The notes: generated from the sequence alone by a model not told the origin. Shown: positions 49,079-58,822, counted from the first letter of the stretch. The stretch: 64,000 nucleotides of DNA from Nitrospinaceae bacterium (GCA_965237905.1 OZ250172.1:128001-192000); one strand, 5' to 3'. Translations and numbers: made by a program.

Positions 49079-49690
49079 ATGCTGGCCTGTTTAGATTTGG
49101 AGGGAGTGCTGATTCCTGAAATCTGGATCGCATTTGCAGAGAAAATCGGAATTGAAAAACTTCGCCTGACCACACGCGACATCCCGGATTATGACGAACT
49201 GATGTGCGGCCGGCTCAAGATACTGGACGAAAACAGTTTGAGGTTAGCGGATATTCAGAAGGTCATCCGCGAAATCAAACCGCTGGAGGGAGCCTGTGAT
49301 TTTCTCGGCTGGCTGAAATCGGAATTCCAGGTTATCATTCTCTCCGATACCTTTTACCAGTTTGCCGGCCCGCTGATGGCCCAATTGGATTACCCCGCCC
49401 TTTTCTGTAATGAATTGAAAGTTGCAGAGAACGGCCGAATCACCGGCTACCAGCTGAGACAGGCCGACGGTAAAACCAAAGCTGTAGAGGCGTTACAAGG
49501 TCTGAATTTCAAGGTGGTGGCGGTGGGAGATTCCTATAACGATACCGGAATGTTATTGAAAGCGGATGTGGGAATATTTTTCCGGCCACCGGAGAGTATC
49601 CTGAAGGAATTTGCCCAGTTTCCCGTGACTCATCGATATGATGAATTGAAACAGGAATTTCGGAAAGCAATGGTAATGCTGACTCAATAA
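49079..49690 (+). CDS. thrH: Phosphoserine phosphatase / homoserine phosphotransferase
   Basis: CLDLEGVLIPEIW, TTRDIPDYDELM, ILSDTF and GDSYNDTGML motifs. Confidence 0.93.
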   Translation: MLACLDLEGVLIPEIWIAFAEKIGIEKLRLTTRDIPDYDELMCGRLKILDENSLRLADIQKVIREIKPLEGACDFLGWLKSEFQVIILSDTFYQFAGPLMAQLDYPALFCNELKVAENGRITGYQLRQADGKTKAVEALQGLNFKVVAVGDSYNDTGMLLKADVGIFFRPPESILKEFAQFPVTHRYDELKQEFRKAMVMLTQ

Positions 49691-49710
49691 AGATGGATTC
49701 GCCCGACGGA

Positions 49711-50211
49711 TCATTCAATGGATGAGGAGAGCAGGCGGGTGGCGACCCAACCCTTTTTGCCGCCCAAATCAACCTGAGTCCAGTCTTCCCCTTGCTCAAG
49801 AATGACCAGGCGTTCCCCCTTGCCGGCACCACCGATAACTTTCGATTCTTTGCTGGGTTGTTCCCGGATATTGGCAAACGATACATTAACATAATGAAAT
49901 ACTTGGTAGTCCTCATCCTTCGGGATATCCTGCGTGTCCTCCTCCACGGGTGTCTCCACAATATCTACGAAAAAAGCCTGATAGTCCCAGTCCACTTTGT
50001 AGGCCACAAGCACCGCAAACACCAGGGTAAGCAGAGAGACTTTCGTCATCGCCTGCCAGAAAGTCATTCCCGATTCCGGAGTATCCCCTGGCAGGACCGG
50101 CGGACCGCAATGCTCGCAAAAGGCGGCACCCCGCGGTAACGGTTTGTTGCAGGAAATGCAATACTCTTTGATTAACGCATTTTGTCTTTTGGTAATCTCA
50201 TCTAAATCCAT
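49711..50211 (-). CDS. Zinc-ribbon + TM + bacterial SH3 domain protein
   Basis: CxxC...FCxxCG, one TM segment, ANIREQPS...W..V....GWV. Confidence 0.85.
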   Translation of the reverse strand: MDLDEITKRQNALIKEYCISCNKPLPRGAAFCEHCGPPVLPGDTPESGMTFWQAMTKVSLLTLVFAVLVAYKVDWDYQAFFVDIVETPVEEDTQDIPKDEDYQVFHYVNVSFANIREQPSKESKVIGGAGKGERLVILEQGEDWTQVDLGGKKGWVATRLLSSSIE

Positions 50212-50218
50212 GATCCAC

Positions 50219-51733
50219 TCATGCGGTAGAACTTAACCGGTAAATTTCATGATATTTATTTTTCAAATAGGTGATGAAATGCGTGGGATTCAAGGCTTCC
50301 CCCGTCACCTCTTGCAATAAAGCCTCGGTCGACAACAATTTTCCTTTAACGTGAATTTTCTGACTCAACCATTGCTTGATGGACTGAAACTTGCCTTCAC
50401 GAATCCAGTTTTCCAGATCGGGAGTCTCCTGTCTCATGGCGTTATAAAACTGACAGGCGTACATGGCTCCAAACGTGTAGGACGGGAAATATCCGAAAGC
50501 GCCGCCACTCCAATGAACGTCCTGCAAAATGCCTTCGACATCCGTCGCGGGACGGATTCCCAAGTACTCCTGCATTTTATTATTCCACACCTCAGGCAAA
50601 TCCGAAACCGTATAGGTGCCGTCGAAAATCCCTTTTTCAATCTCGTAGCGCAGGATAATATGCATGGGATACGTCACCTCATCCGATTCCACGCGAATGA
50701 ATGAAGGCCGGCAGATATTGATGGCTTCATAGAAGGCCTGCGAATCCACTCCCTTTAGATTATCAGGAAAAGTCCCGGTGAACAATTCCATATAATGCTC
50801 ACAAAACGCTTTCTGTTTACTGATCATGCGCTCCCAGAACAGGGATTGGGATTCATGAATCCCGGTGGTCAACGCTTCGGAAACCGGCAGGGCGCGGTCG
50901 CGTTCCATGCGGCCCTGTTCGTACAGACCATGGCCGGTTTCATGGATGACGGCAAACAGCGATTCCATAAAGTTGGCGGACCCGTAGCGGGTGGTAATCC
51001 TCACATCGGTGGGATCCGCTCCGCCGCAGAAAGGATGGACGGAAACATCCATTCGGCCTTTGTCGAAATCAAAACCCAGGGCTTCACTGATGGTGCGTCC
51101 CAAGGTCTCCTGTTTGGCCACTGAGAATTCGCCCTGCAGAAAGGAGGTATCCGGTTGATAGTCGCTCTCCTGAATCCCACGAATCAAAGGGACCAGTTCC
51201 ACCTTGAGACGTTCGAAGATAGGATCGACCCGCTCCATTGTTAAGCCGCGCTCATAAATATCCATGAGGACATCGTAAGGCAGCTTGTTCGGCTCGATAT
51301 AATGAGCCCACTGCTTTTGGAGTTCAATCAACCGCTCCAACACCGGGGCGAAGTCAGAGTATTTATTTTCCTCACGGGCCTTGGCCCAGATGTGGTGGCC
51401 CTTGGATCCCAGCTCCGCCATCTCCTGCACCAATTCCATGGGGACTTTGGTTTCCCGGTCATACACCCGGCGGGTTTCCCGGATATTGCACAGCTCGTAG
51501 GGATCTAAAGCCTTCGAAGAGCCGGATTCCAATTGATCCAGTAATTCTCCAATTTGAGGATCGGTCAGCTTTTCGTGAGCCACCCCGGCTAAAGAAGCGA
51601 TCTGTCCGGCCCGCGCCTGAGTGGCGCCACGGGGCATGATCACTTCCTGATCCCAGTGCAATATGCCCATGATCTGCTCCAGCTGGCCCAACTCTTCCAA
51701 CTTTTTTGCTAGCTTCTGATAGGTTTGTTGCAT
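50219..51733 (-). CDS. Carboxypeptidase, M32 family
   Basis: HPF, DVRITTRY, HETGH, HESQS, IRVESDE and QDVHW motifs. Confidence 0.95.
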   Translation of the reverse strand: MQQTYQKLAKKLEELGQLEQIMGILHWDQEVIMPRGATQARAGQIASLAGVAHEKLTDPQIGELLDQLESGSSKALDPYELCNIRETRRVYDRETKVPMELVQEMAELGSKGHHIWAKAREENKYSDFAPVLERLIELQKQWAHYIEPNKLPYDVLMDIYERGLTMERVDPIFERLKVELVPLIRGIQESDYQPDTSFLQGEFSVAKQETLGRTISEALGFDFDKGRMDVSVHPFCGGADPTDVRITTRYGSANFMESLFAVIHETGHGLYEQGRMERDRALPVSEALTTGIHESQSLFWERMISKQKAFCEHYMELFTGTFPDNLKGVDSQAFYEAINICRPSFIRVESDEVTYPMHIILRYEIEKGIFDGTYTVSDLPEVWNNKMQEYLGIRPATDVEGILQDVHWSGGAFGYFPSYTFGAMYACQFYNAMRQETPDLENWIREGKFQSIKQWLSQKIHVKGKLLSTEALLQEVTGEALNPTHFITYLKNKYHEIYRLSSTA

Positions 51734-51865
51734 TATGAAGTTAGAACCTCCTATAAACCAAAATGATGGATTTCGACAAAGGAAACCCATTTAAAGAGTT
51801 TTATTATATAATTCAAAAAATCTGAATGTCTTTCATTATATTGAAACCTTGATAAGGAAAACGAA

Positions 51866-52111
51866 ATGGATAAGGGGAAAGAAAACAAGATCACCATACA
51901 GGCCCGGCTCAAGGTATTGAACAAATCTCTCGTGAGCGAGGAAAATTCATTTCAATACTATCAAACCCTCTTGGAAAATACCGCTCCGGATTCGGATGAA
52001 AAAATCGGGGAACGGCGGATGTATGAAGACCTCCAGGCGGAGGAAAAAAAGCACGTGCAGGTCCTCCGGGATATGATCCAGCTTTGGGAGAATAAGCTTA
52101 AGGATTTTTAA
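51866..52111 (+). CDS. Small two-helix ferritin/rubrerythrin-like protein
   Basis: SEENSFQYY and AEEKKHV (E..Y / EExxH) represent one half of a di-iron four-helix bundle. AAGGA RBS. Confidence 0.7.
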   Translation: MDKGKENKITIQARLKVLNKSLVSEENSFQYYQTLLENTAPDSDEKIGERRMYEDLQAEEKKHVQVLRDMIQLWENKLKDF

Positions 52112-52237
52112 TATATTATACTTTTTTATTCAATAAGTTATAAGTTATTAGCTTATCTTAAACATTAGGTAATTCTCTTCAGTCTTATCCTACCTATTCT
52201 TACTCCGCACACTCTTTTCCTCTTTAAAACTAAATAT

Positions 52238-52266
52238 TTGACAACATATCTCCGTTAACATATATT
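52238..52266 (+). promoter_or_regulatory. Sigma70 promoter of the iron-uptake operon
   Basis: TTGACA-17 nt-TATATT. Confidence 0.7.
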
Positions 52267-52280
52267 GATAATCATTCTCA
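52266..52280. promoter_or_regulatory. Fur box
   Basis: TGATAATCATTCTCA is a 7-1-7 Fur consensus (TGATAATnATTATCA) with one mismatch. It abuts the -10 element upstream of an iron permease. Confidence 0.8.
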
Positions 52281-52328
52281 TTATTAAAATAGATGGAATA
52301 AGTTCCATCCTGAGAAGTCTATTAACGT

Positions 52329-54500
52329 ATGGTCAAAAGGCCCAAAGGTAAAATGCTCGCCAAAAACAAACCAATGAGAACAACAAGTGTCCTCGCCGCC
52401 CTATTAGGATTCCTTTTAATAGCTCTGCATTTTCCAACCCAGGCTGAGTCTCAGCCTGGAAAACTGGAATCCCAAGTCAAAAAAATCGTGATGATGATGA
52501 ACATCGTCAACAAGGAATACCACGAGGGAATTGCAGAGGGAAAGGTCATCAACGCCGCGGAGTATGAGGAGAGCCAGGTATTTCTGGAGCAGGCGTTTGG
52601 CCGTTACCAGACTCTGACCGAGGGTGCGACACCGCAAGGGAAACAGGACAAGCTGGCCAACCGGTTTTCATCGCTGATTCAAAAGATAAAAAGCAAAGCA
52701 GACCCCGGCGTGATCCAATCAGAGGTCAACGCCATCAATTCCGGAATCCTCAAAAAGTTCAATATCAAGCTCAGCGAAACGCCTTCCGAGCCGGTGTCTC
52801 TCGAAAATGGTCGTACTCTTTACATGAATAATTGCAAGGTATGTCATGGAATTGAAGGCAAAGGAGACGGGCCCATAGCGCCGCAACTGAATCCCAAACC
52901 CGCGGTGTTGGCCAATCCCCAATTCACCGGTGACGAATTTTCCAAACCCTACGACAACTTCCAGATCATCAACGTGGGCATTGCCAATACGGCGATGGTG
53001 GGCTGGGCCGATCAGTTTTCCGAGAAGGAGCTTTGGGATGTCACTTATTTCATCCGGACGTTTTCCAACGAGAATGTGAAGCTTCCGCTGCTGGTTTCCC
53101 AGACCTCATCCCAGGGCATCGAGAAAAGTCGGGAAAGTGCGACCAAAAAAATCTTCAGCGAAGTATTTTTGTTACTGGATCAAAGTCTGGATGCCTACCG
53201 GGAAGGCCGCAACCGGGAGGCTTCGGAGTCCGCTTTCGACGCCTATCTGACCTATGAAAAATTAGAGTCGCCCTTAATCACCAAGCGTAAGGAACTGGGC
53301 CTCAAGCTGGAATCCTCTTTTGGGAGACTGCAGGCGGAAATCAAGCGGAACGCATCCATCGATCTGGTAGAAAAAGTTGCGCAGGGAATTACCGGCGACT
53401 TGAAAGAGGCGCAACAAGTTCTGACTCAAGAGATCGGGTTTACCGGTTTGTTCATCCAATCCTTCTCGATCATCGTGCGCGAGGGATTTGAAGCCATTTT
53501 GATCATCGCGGCGTTGATCACCTTCCTCATCAAATCCCGCAACCAGGACAAACTGAAGGCCATTTATATGGGCGTGCTGATCGGGGTCATCGGTAGTTTT
53601 ATCACCGCGTATATCCTTCAGGAACTTCTGGATATCAGCATGGCCAGCCAGGAAATGATGGAAGGAATCATCATGTTGGTAGCGGTCGTGGTTCTATTTT
53701 ATGTCAGCTACTGGTTGGTTTCTAAAATCGAAGCGACCAAATGGCAAAGTTATATCACCGGTAAAATGCAGAAAGCGGTCACCACCGGCAGTGCCTTTAC
53801 CCTGAGCATGGTTGCCTTTCTGTCGGTTTATCGGGAAGGGTTTGAGACCGTTCTGTTTTACAAAGCCCTGTATCTTTATGCCGGAGACACTACCGCTGGG
53901 ATCATTCCGGGATTTATCGCCGGAAGTGTTGTTTTGGCTGTGGTTTATTTTCTGATCAATCAATTGGGAATGCGTATCCCGGTAAAATGGTTTTTCGTAA
54001 TCACCAGTGTTTTTCTTTATTACATGGCATTCATGTTCATGGGCAAAGGGCTCCACGAATTACAAATGGGAGCAGCCTTGAGCATGACCGGCGCCGACTT
54101 TGCTCCCGAAATTCCCTGGCTGGGCATGTACCCGACCTGGGAAACCTTCATCGGCCAGATGATTCTCGTGGTGGCCTACGCCGGGGCCTTGGTTTATACC
54201 TTCGGCATCAAACAGGAACGCGCGGCCCATGAATTAAAATCGGAGGCGACCCAGATCCAGCAGAATATTACCGTGGTCCACGATCTGGTCGAGCACATTT
54301 CGCACCACGCCAAGCGGTGCGAAATTTTCCTCAAGGATACCCGTGACCAGGACCTTAAGGAATTATCCGCACATTTGAAGGAAATCGACTCCAAAGTCCA
54401 TGAGTTGTTCGATCAGGTGATCTATTTTGAAAACCGCCTGACGGATGAGTACGATCGCTTGTCGCAACCCATCGGCGCCAAGGAAAAGGATTTGCATTGA
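52329..54500 (+). CDS. Cytochrome c-fused FTR1-family iron permease (PbrT/EfeU-like) with an extra C-terminal His-rich tail
   Basis: Signal peptide, CKVCH heme motif, two REGFE motifs, multiple TM segments, GMYPTWE. Start could be 52329, 52353 or 52374. Confidence 0.9.
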   Translation: MVKRPKGKMLAKNKPMRTTSVLAALLGFLLIALHFPTQAESQPGKLESQVKKIVMMMNIVNKEYHEGIAEGKVINAAEYEESQVFLEQAFGRYQTLTEGATPQGKQDKLANRFSSLIQKIKSKADPGVIQSEVNAINSGILKKFNIKLSETPSEPVSLENGRTLYMNNCKVCHGIEGKGDGPIAPQLNPKPAVLANPQFTGDEFSKPYDNFQIINVGIANTAMVGWADQFSEKELWDVTYFIRTFSNENVKLPLLVSQTSSQGIEKSRESATKKIFSEVFLLLDQSLDAYREGRNREASESAFDAYLTYEKLESPLITKRKELGLKLESSFGRLQAEIKRNASIDLVEKVAQGITGDLKEAQQVLTQEIGFTGLFIQSFSIIVREGFEAILIIAALITFLIKSRNQDKLKAIYMGVLIGVIGSFITAYILQELLDISMASQEMMEGIIMLVAVVVLFYVSYWLVSKIEATKWQSYITGKMQKAVTTGSAFTLSMVAFLSVYREGFETVLFYKALYLYAGDTTAGIIPGFIAGSVVLAVVYFLINQLGMRIPVKWFFVITSVFLYYMAFMFMGKGLHELQMGAALSMTGADFAPEIPWLGMYPTWETFIGQMILVVAYAGALVYTFGIKQERAAHELKSEATQIQQNITVVHDLVEHISHHAKRCEIFLKDTRDQDLKELSAHLKEIDSKVHELFDQVIYFENRLTDEYDRLSQPIGAKEKDLH

Positions 54501-56056
54501 GATTCCGGGTTTTTAAAACCTCTCGTGATTTTCACAAATGGACCGGATTTGTCTGCGCAATCTTCATCTTGATACTTTCCATCAGCGGCATTCTGCTCAT
54601 GCACCGGGACTCCCTGGACCTGGACCAAATAGAAATTTCCGCCCAATACCTGCCGGATAAATACTTCCATCTGGTCAAAGACAAACTAAAAATTCAAACT
54701 GTCGCTGTAAATCCCCAAAACGGGAAAATCATTTTCGTGGGCACCGGCAACGGATTGTTCCGCTCCAAAGATGGCGGGGAAACCTGGCAGTCTCTGCACG
54801 ATGGACTGCGTGACGAAAATATCCGTGCGCTGGCTTTACACCCTTCCGCACCCAACATGATCTATGCCGGCACCGCCAAGGGTATTTTCTTATCCGAGGA
54901 TGGCGGGGACCATTGGACCGACTGGTTCGAGGAATCTTCAGGCTTGTCGAACATGGATATCCAAGATTTAGTCATTCATCCTGAAAAACCGGGACTCCTT
55001 TTCGCCGCCACACCCGGCGGTTTGTTTGTTTCCCGGGATGAAGGCGACACTTGGGAACTCACCTTCGAAGGAAATCTGTCCAAGGGAAGTCGGGATGTGC
55101 GTTTTGTCCGCTTCTCCTCCAAGGCCCGCTCCTTGTATATCGGAACGGCCAGTGGAATTTTCAAAAGCGCCGACGGCGGCAAGCACTGGGACAAGAAATG
55201 GGAAGGTGCCCTGCCCTCGCCTCTGTCACTGGTCTCTCTGGACACTGATCCTGAATTTATTTATGCCGGAACCCCGGATGGGCTTTACAAATCTTACAAC
55301 AGGGGAATCACCTGGGTTCATGATACGACACTGGACGAAGCGGTACGCCAATTGGCGGTGGACCCCGGAAATACCACCCATGTTTACATGGGAACGGCCC
55401 GTCATGTTTTCGTTTCCCCCGATGGCGGAGATACCTGGAATCCTTTGGGTTTTGAGGAAGACGATGGAACCACTCTGGATAGTTTGACTCTGGTTCGTTC
55501 TGCCGGGCAATCCTCCCCTACCCTGATCGCCGGCACTTCAAGCGGTCTTTTTATTTCCAAGACTGGAGGACGCGCCTGGAAGGAAACCTCGCTTGCGGAA
55601 ACCATCCAACAAAAATCCGGCGGCCATCTCAAAATGGATCTCGTCAAGTTGATGACGGAAATTCATACCGGACGCTTTTTCGGTGATTACGTTTATCTAC
55701 TGGTGGACATTGCCACCGTTGGACTGTTGGTGTTGGTGTTTTCCGGATTTGGTCTGGCCTTTTACCGGAAGCGAATCGCTAAGTCCAAAGAGGTCAAGAA
55801 GCAAATTACGGAGGAAGAGGCGGTCAACAACTTTCTCAATATTCAGGAGACCGCGGACGGGTTATCGCAGGAGAGTGTGGAAATCCATGACATGATCGAG
55901 CATATCAACTCCCACCTGGCCAAGTGCCGATCGGTCTACATTTCAAAAGAAAAGAAGGAAATCGATAAAATAGGACGGCACATTACAGATTTAGACAAGA
56001 AAATGCATCATCTGATGGAAAAAATCGAGGAGTTCAATAAACTTTCCCAGAACTAG
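54497..56056 (+). CDS. PepSY-associated TM protein with a periplasmic Asp-box beta-propeller and a C-terminal His-rich tail
   Basis: FHKWTG and EIHTGRFFG TM-flanking His motifs, seven SxDxGxxW-like Asp-box repeats. TTG start overlaps the upstream stop. Confidence 0.82.
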   Translation: MRFRVFKTSRDFHKWTGFVCAIFILILSISGILLMHRDSLDLDQIEISAQYLPDKYFHLVKDKLKIQTVAVNPQNGKIIFVGTGNGLFRSKDGGETWQSLHDGLRDENIRALALHPSAPNMIYAGTAKGIFLSEDGGDHWTDWFEESSGLSNMDIQDLVIHPEKPGLLFAATPGGLFVSRDEGDTWELTFEGNLSKGSRDVRFVRFSSKARSLYIGTASGIFKSADGGKHWDKKWEGALPSPLSLVSLDTDPEFIYAGTPDGLYKSYNRGITWVHDTTLDEAVRQLAVDPGNTTHVYMGTARHVFVSPDGGDTWNPLGFEEDDGTTLDSLTLVRSAGQSSPTLIAGTSSGLFISKTGGRAWKETSLAETIQQKSGGHLKMDLVKLMTEIHTGRFFGDYVYLLVDIATVGLLVLVFSGFGLAFYRKRIAKSKEVKKQITEEEAVNNFLNIQETADGLSQESVEIHDMIEHINSHLAKCRSVYISKEKKEIDKIGRHITDLDKKMHHLMEKIEEFNKLSQN

Positions 56057-56092
56057 GAAACAAGAGGACCGGACCCTAAAAACGATAGGGGA

Positions 56093-56362
56093 TTAATGCA
56101 GAAAGTTCTTTTCTTTTGAGTTGGAGCTGCTTGACGGACCCAAATCGCGGTTGAAATCCATTTTCTTGAATTCTTCCCACGAATCACGGCAAAGATTGAA
56201 ACCTACAAAATCGATGGCCTGCATCAGCTCCAGATCGGATATTTTATTGTCTCCCGCTTCGGCGCGTGCTTCCTGAATGACGTCTTCAAGGTTTTCGCAG
56301 AGCCGGGCAAAGCGTTCTTCATCTTCCCAATGCAGGACATTTTTCATAAAATCGAAACTCAT
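56093..56362 (-). CDS. Hypothetical protein
   Basis: 89-aa ATG ORF with a GGGGGAG RBS. Confidence 0.7.
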   Translation of the reverse strand: MSFDFMKNVLHWEDEERFARLCENLEDVIQEARAEAGDNKISDLELMQAIDFVGFNLCRDSWEEFKKMDFNRDLGPSSSSNSKEKNFLH

Positions 56363-56404
56363 GTGGCTCCCCCCTTTGCAGGACTTAAAAAATTAAAACC
56401 AACT

Positions 56405-57052
56405 CTACTCCATTGTATTCAAAAAATTTCTCACTGCAAATAAAATTTCCTTCAGATGGTCGCATATCTTTGAATATTCCCCGTTTACCATTCGCGACTG
56501 TGAAAACACCGACCCCCCCACTGCCACCGCGGATGCGCCGGACGAAAAATAGGCAGGAATATTTTCGGTGGTAACCCCACCGACAGCCATCAACGGGATA
56601 TCCTCAAACGGTCCTTTAATCTCGCGGAAATACTGCGGTCCCCATTGGGAAGCGGGAAATACTTTGACCATGGTAGCCCCAGCCTGCCATGCCCTCTCAA
56701 TCTCGCTGGGGGTCAAAGCACCGGGAAAATAAGGTAACGCCTGATTCCGGCAATAGGACGCCACATCTTCATTCAACGCCGGGCTGACCAGAAACCGGGC
56801 ACCGGAAGCAACGGCCTGCTTGGCCTGTTCCCGGGTGCGCACGGTACCGGCTCCAATGCACAGGGACCCTCCATACTGTTTGACGGCTGATTCGATCAAC
56901 CCGAACGCATGGTCTGTATTCAGCGTGATTTCAAGAAATTTAAGGCCGGCGTCCCGCGCGGAGTTGAAAACTCCTTCGAGACTGTTTTTCGGAACGCCAC
57001 GCACAATGCCCAGTACGGGTTCACGTTTGAAGAGTTCGGAATCAAATTTCAA
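56405..57052 (-). CDS. eda: KDPG/KHG aldolase
   Basis: EITL, IGAGTV, FLVSP, PGALTPSEI, VKVFPA and AVGGV motifs. Confidence 0.9.
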   Translation of the reverse strand: MKFDSELFKREPVLGIVRGVPKNSLEGVFNSARDAGLKFLEITLNTDHAFGLIESAVKQYGGSLCIGAGTVRTREQAKQAVASGARFLVSPALNEDVASYCRNQALPYFPGALTPSEIERAWQAGATMVKVFPASQWGPQYFREIKGPFEDIPLMAVGGVTTENIPAYFSSGASAVAVGGSVFSQSRMVNGEYSKICDHLKEILFAVRNFLNTME

Positions 57053-57068
57053 GCTTTTGTTTCCCGGA

Positions 57069-58019
57069 TCAAACGTTGGTTTCGCTGATGATTTTTTCGT
57101 AGAACTTCAAGAATCCGTTCTTATTTTCCGTTTTCATTAACGCCATACCTGCTCGCGGATGCACATCCAATGATCCTGTAATCATATAGGGAATGATGTA
57201 ACCCCACTCGATTTCCTCCCGGATTTTAAGAAAATCAGTGCCGATGATTTTGATGATCGGGCGAATATCGTATTTGGGGTTTTTAAGAAAACCCAGGAGC
57301 AGTTCCAAAGGACAGTTGCCGGCGGCGCGGCCGATCCCGTAGATGGTTCCATCCAGATAGTTGATGTTGTTGATGATGGATTCAATGGTATTGGCGAAGG
57401 CCAATTGCTGATTGTTGTGGGCATGAATTCCGAGCTCCTTACTGGGCATCAGCGATTTGTACTTTTTGGCCAGGTAGGCAATCTGCTCGGAATAAAGCGC
57501 GCCGAAACTATCCACCAGATAAATCACATCCGCGGCGCTTTCTTTTTCGACCTGCTCCAGCGCTTCGTCCAACTCCCGCTCACGCGCGTGGGATACAGCC
57601 ATGATATTGATGGTGGTTTCGTATCCCTTGCCATTCAATTTATTCACCAGATCGATGGCTTTATCGATGTCCTTAACGTAGGAAGCCACCCGGAACATAT
57701 CGACATGACTTTCCCCACTGGGAATGACGCTATCCGGGTCGAATCGTCCAATATCCGCCATAACGGAAATTTTTACTTTCTTTTCAATTCCGTTGACCAC
57801 TTTTTCAATATCTTTCTCACTACAAAACTTCATGGGTCCGAATTCCGACCGGGCGAACTGGGATTCATCCGCTTTATAACCCAACTCAATATAATCAATA
57901 CCCGCGTCATTGGCAGACTGATATACTTTACGCACCAATTCATCCGAGAATTGATGATTATTCATCAATCCTCCGTCGCGAATGGTACAATCCAAAACTT
58001 TAATTTCCGGGCGATACAT
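57069..58019 (-). CDS. DRE-TIM (HMGL-like) aldolase, 4-hydroxy-2-oxovalerate aldolase-like
   Basis: LDCTIRDGG, VDSFG, GIHAHNNQQLAFAN and GIGRAAGNCPLE motifs. Confidence 0.8.
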   Translation of the reverse strand: MYRPEIKVLDCTIRDGGLMNNHQFSDELVRKVYQSANDAGIDYIELGYKADESQFARSEFGPMKFCSEKDIEKVVNGIEKKVKISVMADIGRFDPDSVIPSGESHVDMFRVASYVKDIDKAIDLVNKLNGKGYETTINIMAVSHARERELDEALEQVEKESAADVIYLVDSFGALYSEQIAYLAKKYKSLMPSKELGIHAHNNQQLAFANTIESIINNINYLDGTIYGIGRAAGNCPLELLLGFLKNPKYDIRPIIKIIGTDFLKIREEIEWGYIIPYMITGSLDVHPRAGMALMKTENKNGFLKFYEKIISETNV

Positions 58020-58261
58020 ACGTCTCAAGCTCCAAAGGCAAATCTACCGCAATTCAGGTAGAGATCATAAAAACTAATTAAACTGATTGAATTTGCTGAT
58101 TATATTTAGGTCGGGCGTTTCAGTCAATTAGATAATCCCAAATTCTGATTTTATTTAAATTTTATGGTAAATTTCAAAGCTTTGTATTATAAAGAGTTGT
58201 TTAAATTTCTTGAATATTCATATCAAGAATAGTGCTTTACTTGTTGGAAAGGAAACAAAAT

Positions 58262-58675
58262 ATGCAGTTCTGGCTGATTAAACAGGAGCCTTCCAAATAC
58301 AGCTGGGAAGAATTTTTGAAAGATAAGACGACCTATTGGGACGGGGTCCGCAATTATCAGGCGCGGAATAATCTGCAGGCGATGAAAAAGGGCGATCAGG
58401 TTTTCTTCTATCACAGTGTGGTGGGAAAACAAATTATGGGCATCGCCAAAGTGACCCGCGAATCCTATCCCGATCCCACCACCGACGATCCGGCCTGGGT
58501 GGTGGTCGATTTAAAACCAGTCAAATCGTTGAAAGTTCCGGTCACCTTGGAGCAGATCAAATCCCATCCAAAATTAAAAGAGATCCCGCTGGTCAAACAG
58601 TCCCGTCTATCGGTCATACCTTTGACTCAATCAGAATATAAAATTATTTTGGAATTGGGAAAAACCAAAGTCTGA
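58262..58675 (+). CDS. EVE domain protein
   Basis: WLIKQEP, WDGVRNYQARN, FFYHS and SRLSV motifs. Confidence 0.93.
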   Translation: MQFWLIKQEPSKYSWEEFLKDKTTYWDGVRNYQARNNLQAMKKGDQVFFYHSVVGKQIMGIAKVTRESYPDPTTDDPAWVVVDLKPVKSLKVPVTLEQIKSHPKLKEIPLVKQSRLSVIPLTQSEYKIILELGKTKV

Positions 58676-58822
58676 TCAAGCTACCCTGTTTTTGCACAGG
58701 CAAAAAGGACATTGACTTAAAACCGAATGGAGTTTAAATTGGCAGAAAATGGGGTTGTTCATTCCATTTACCCAGTCGTTAAGATATCTGATCGCCTTTC
58801 CTCTTCAGAATAAAAACCACCC

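Noticed and set aside
58145..58172. dif-like site (TTATGGTAAAT resembles the XerD arm)
   Set aside because: No XerC-like arm at the 6-bp spacing. The region is AT-rich, so a chance match is likely.
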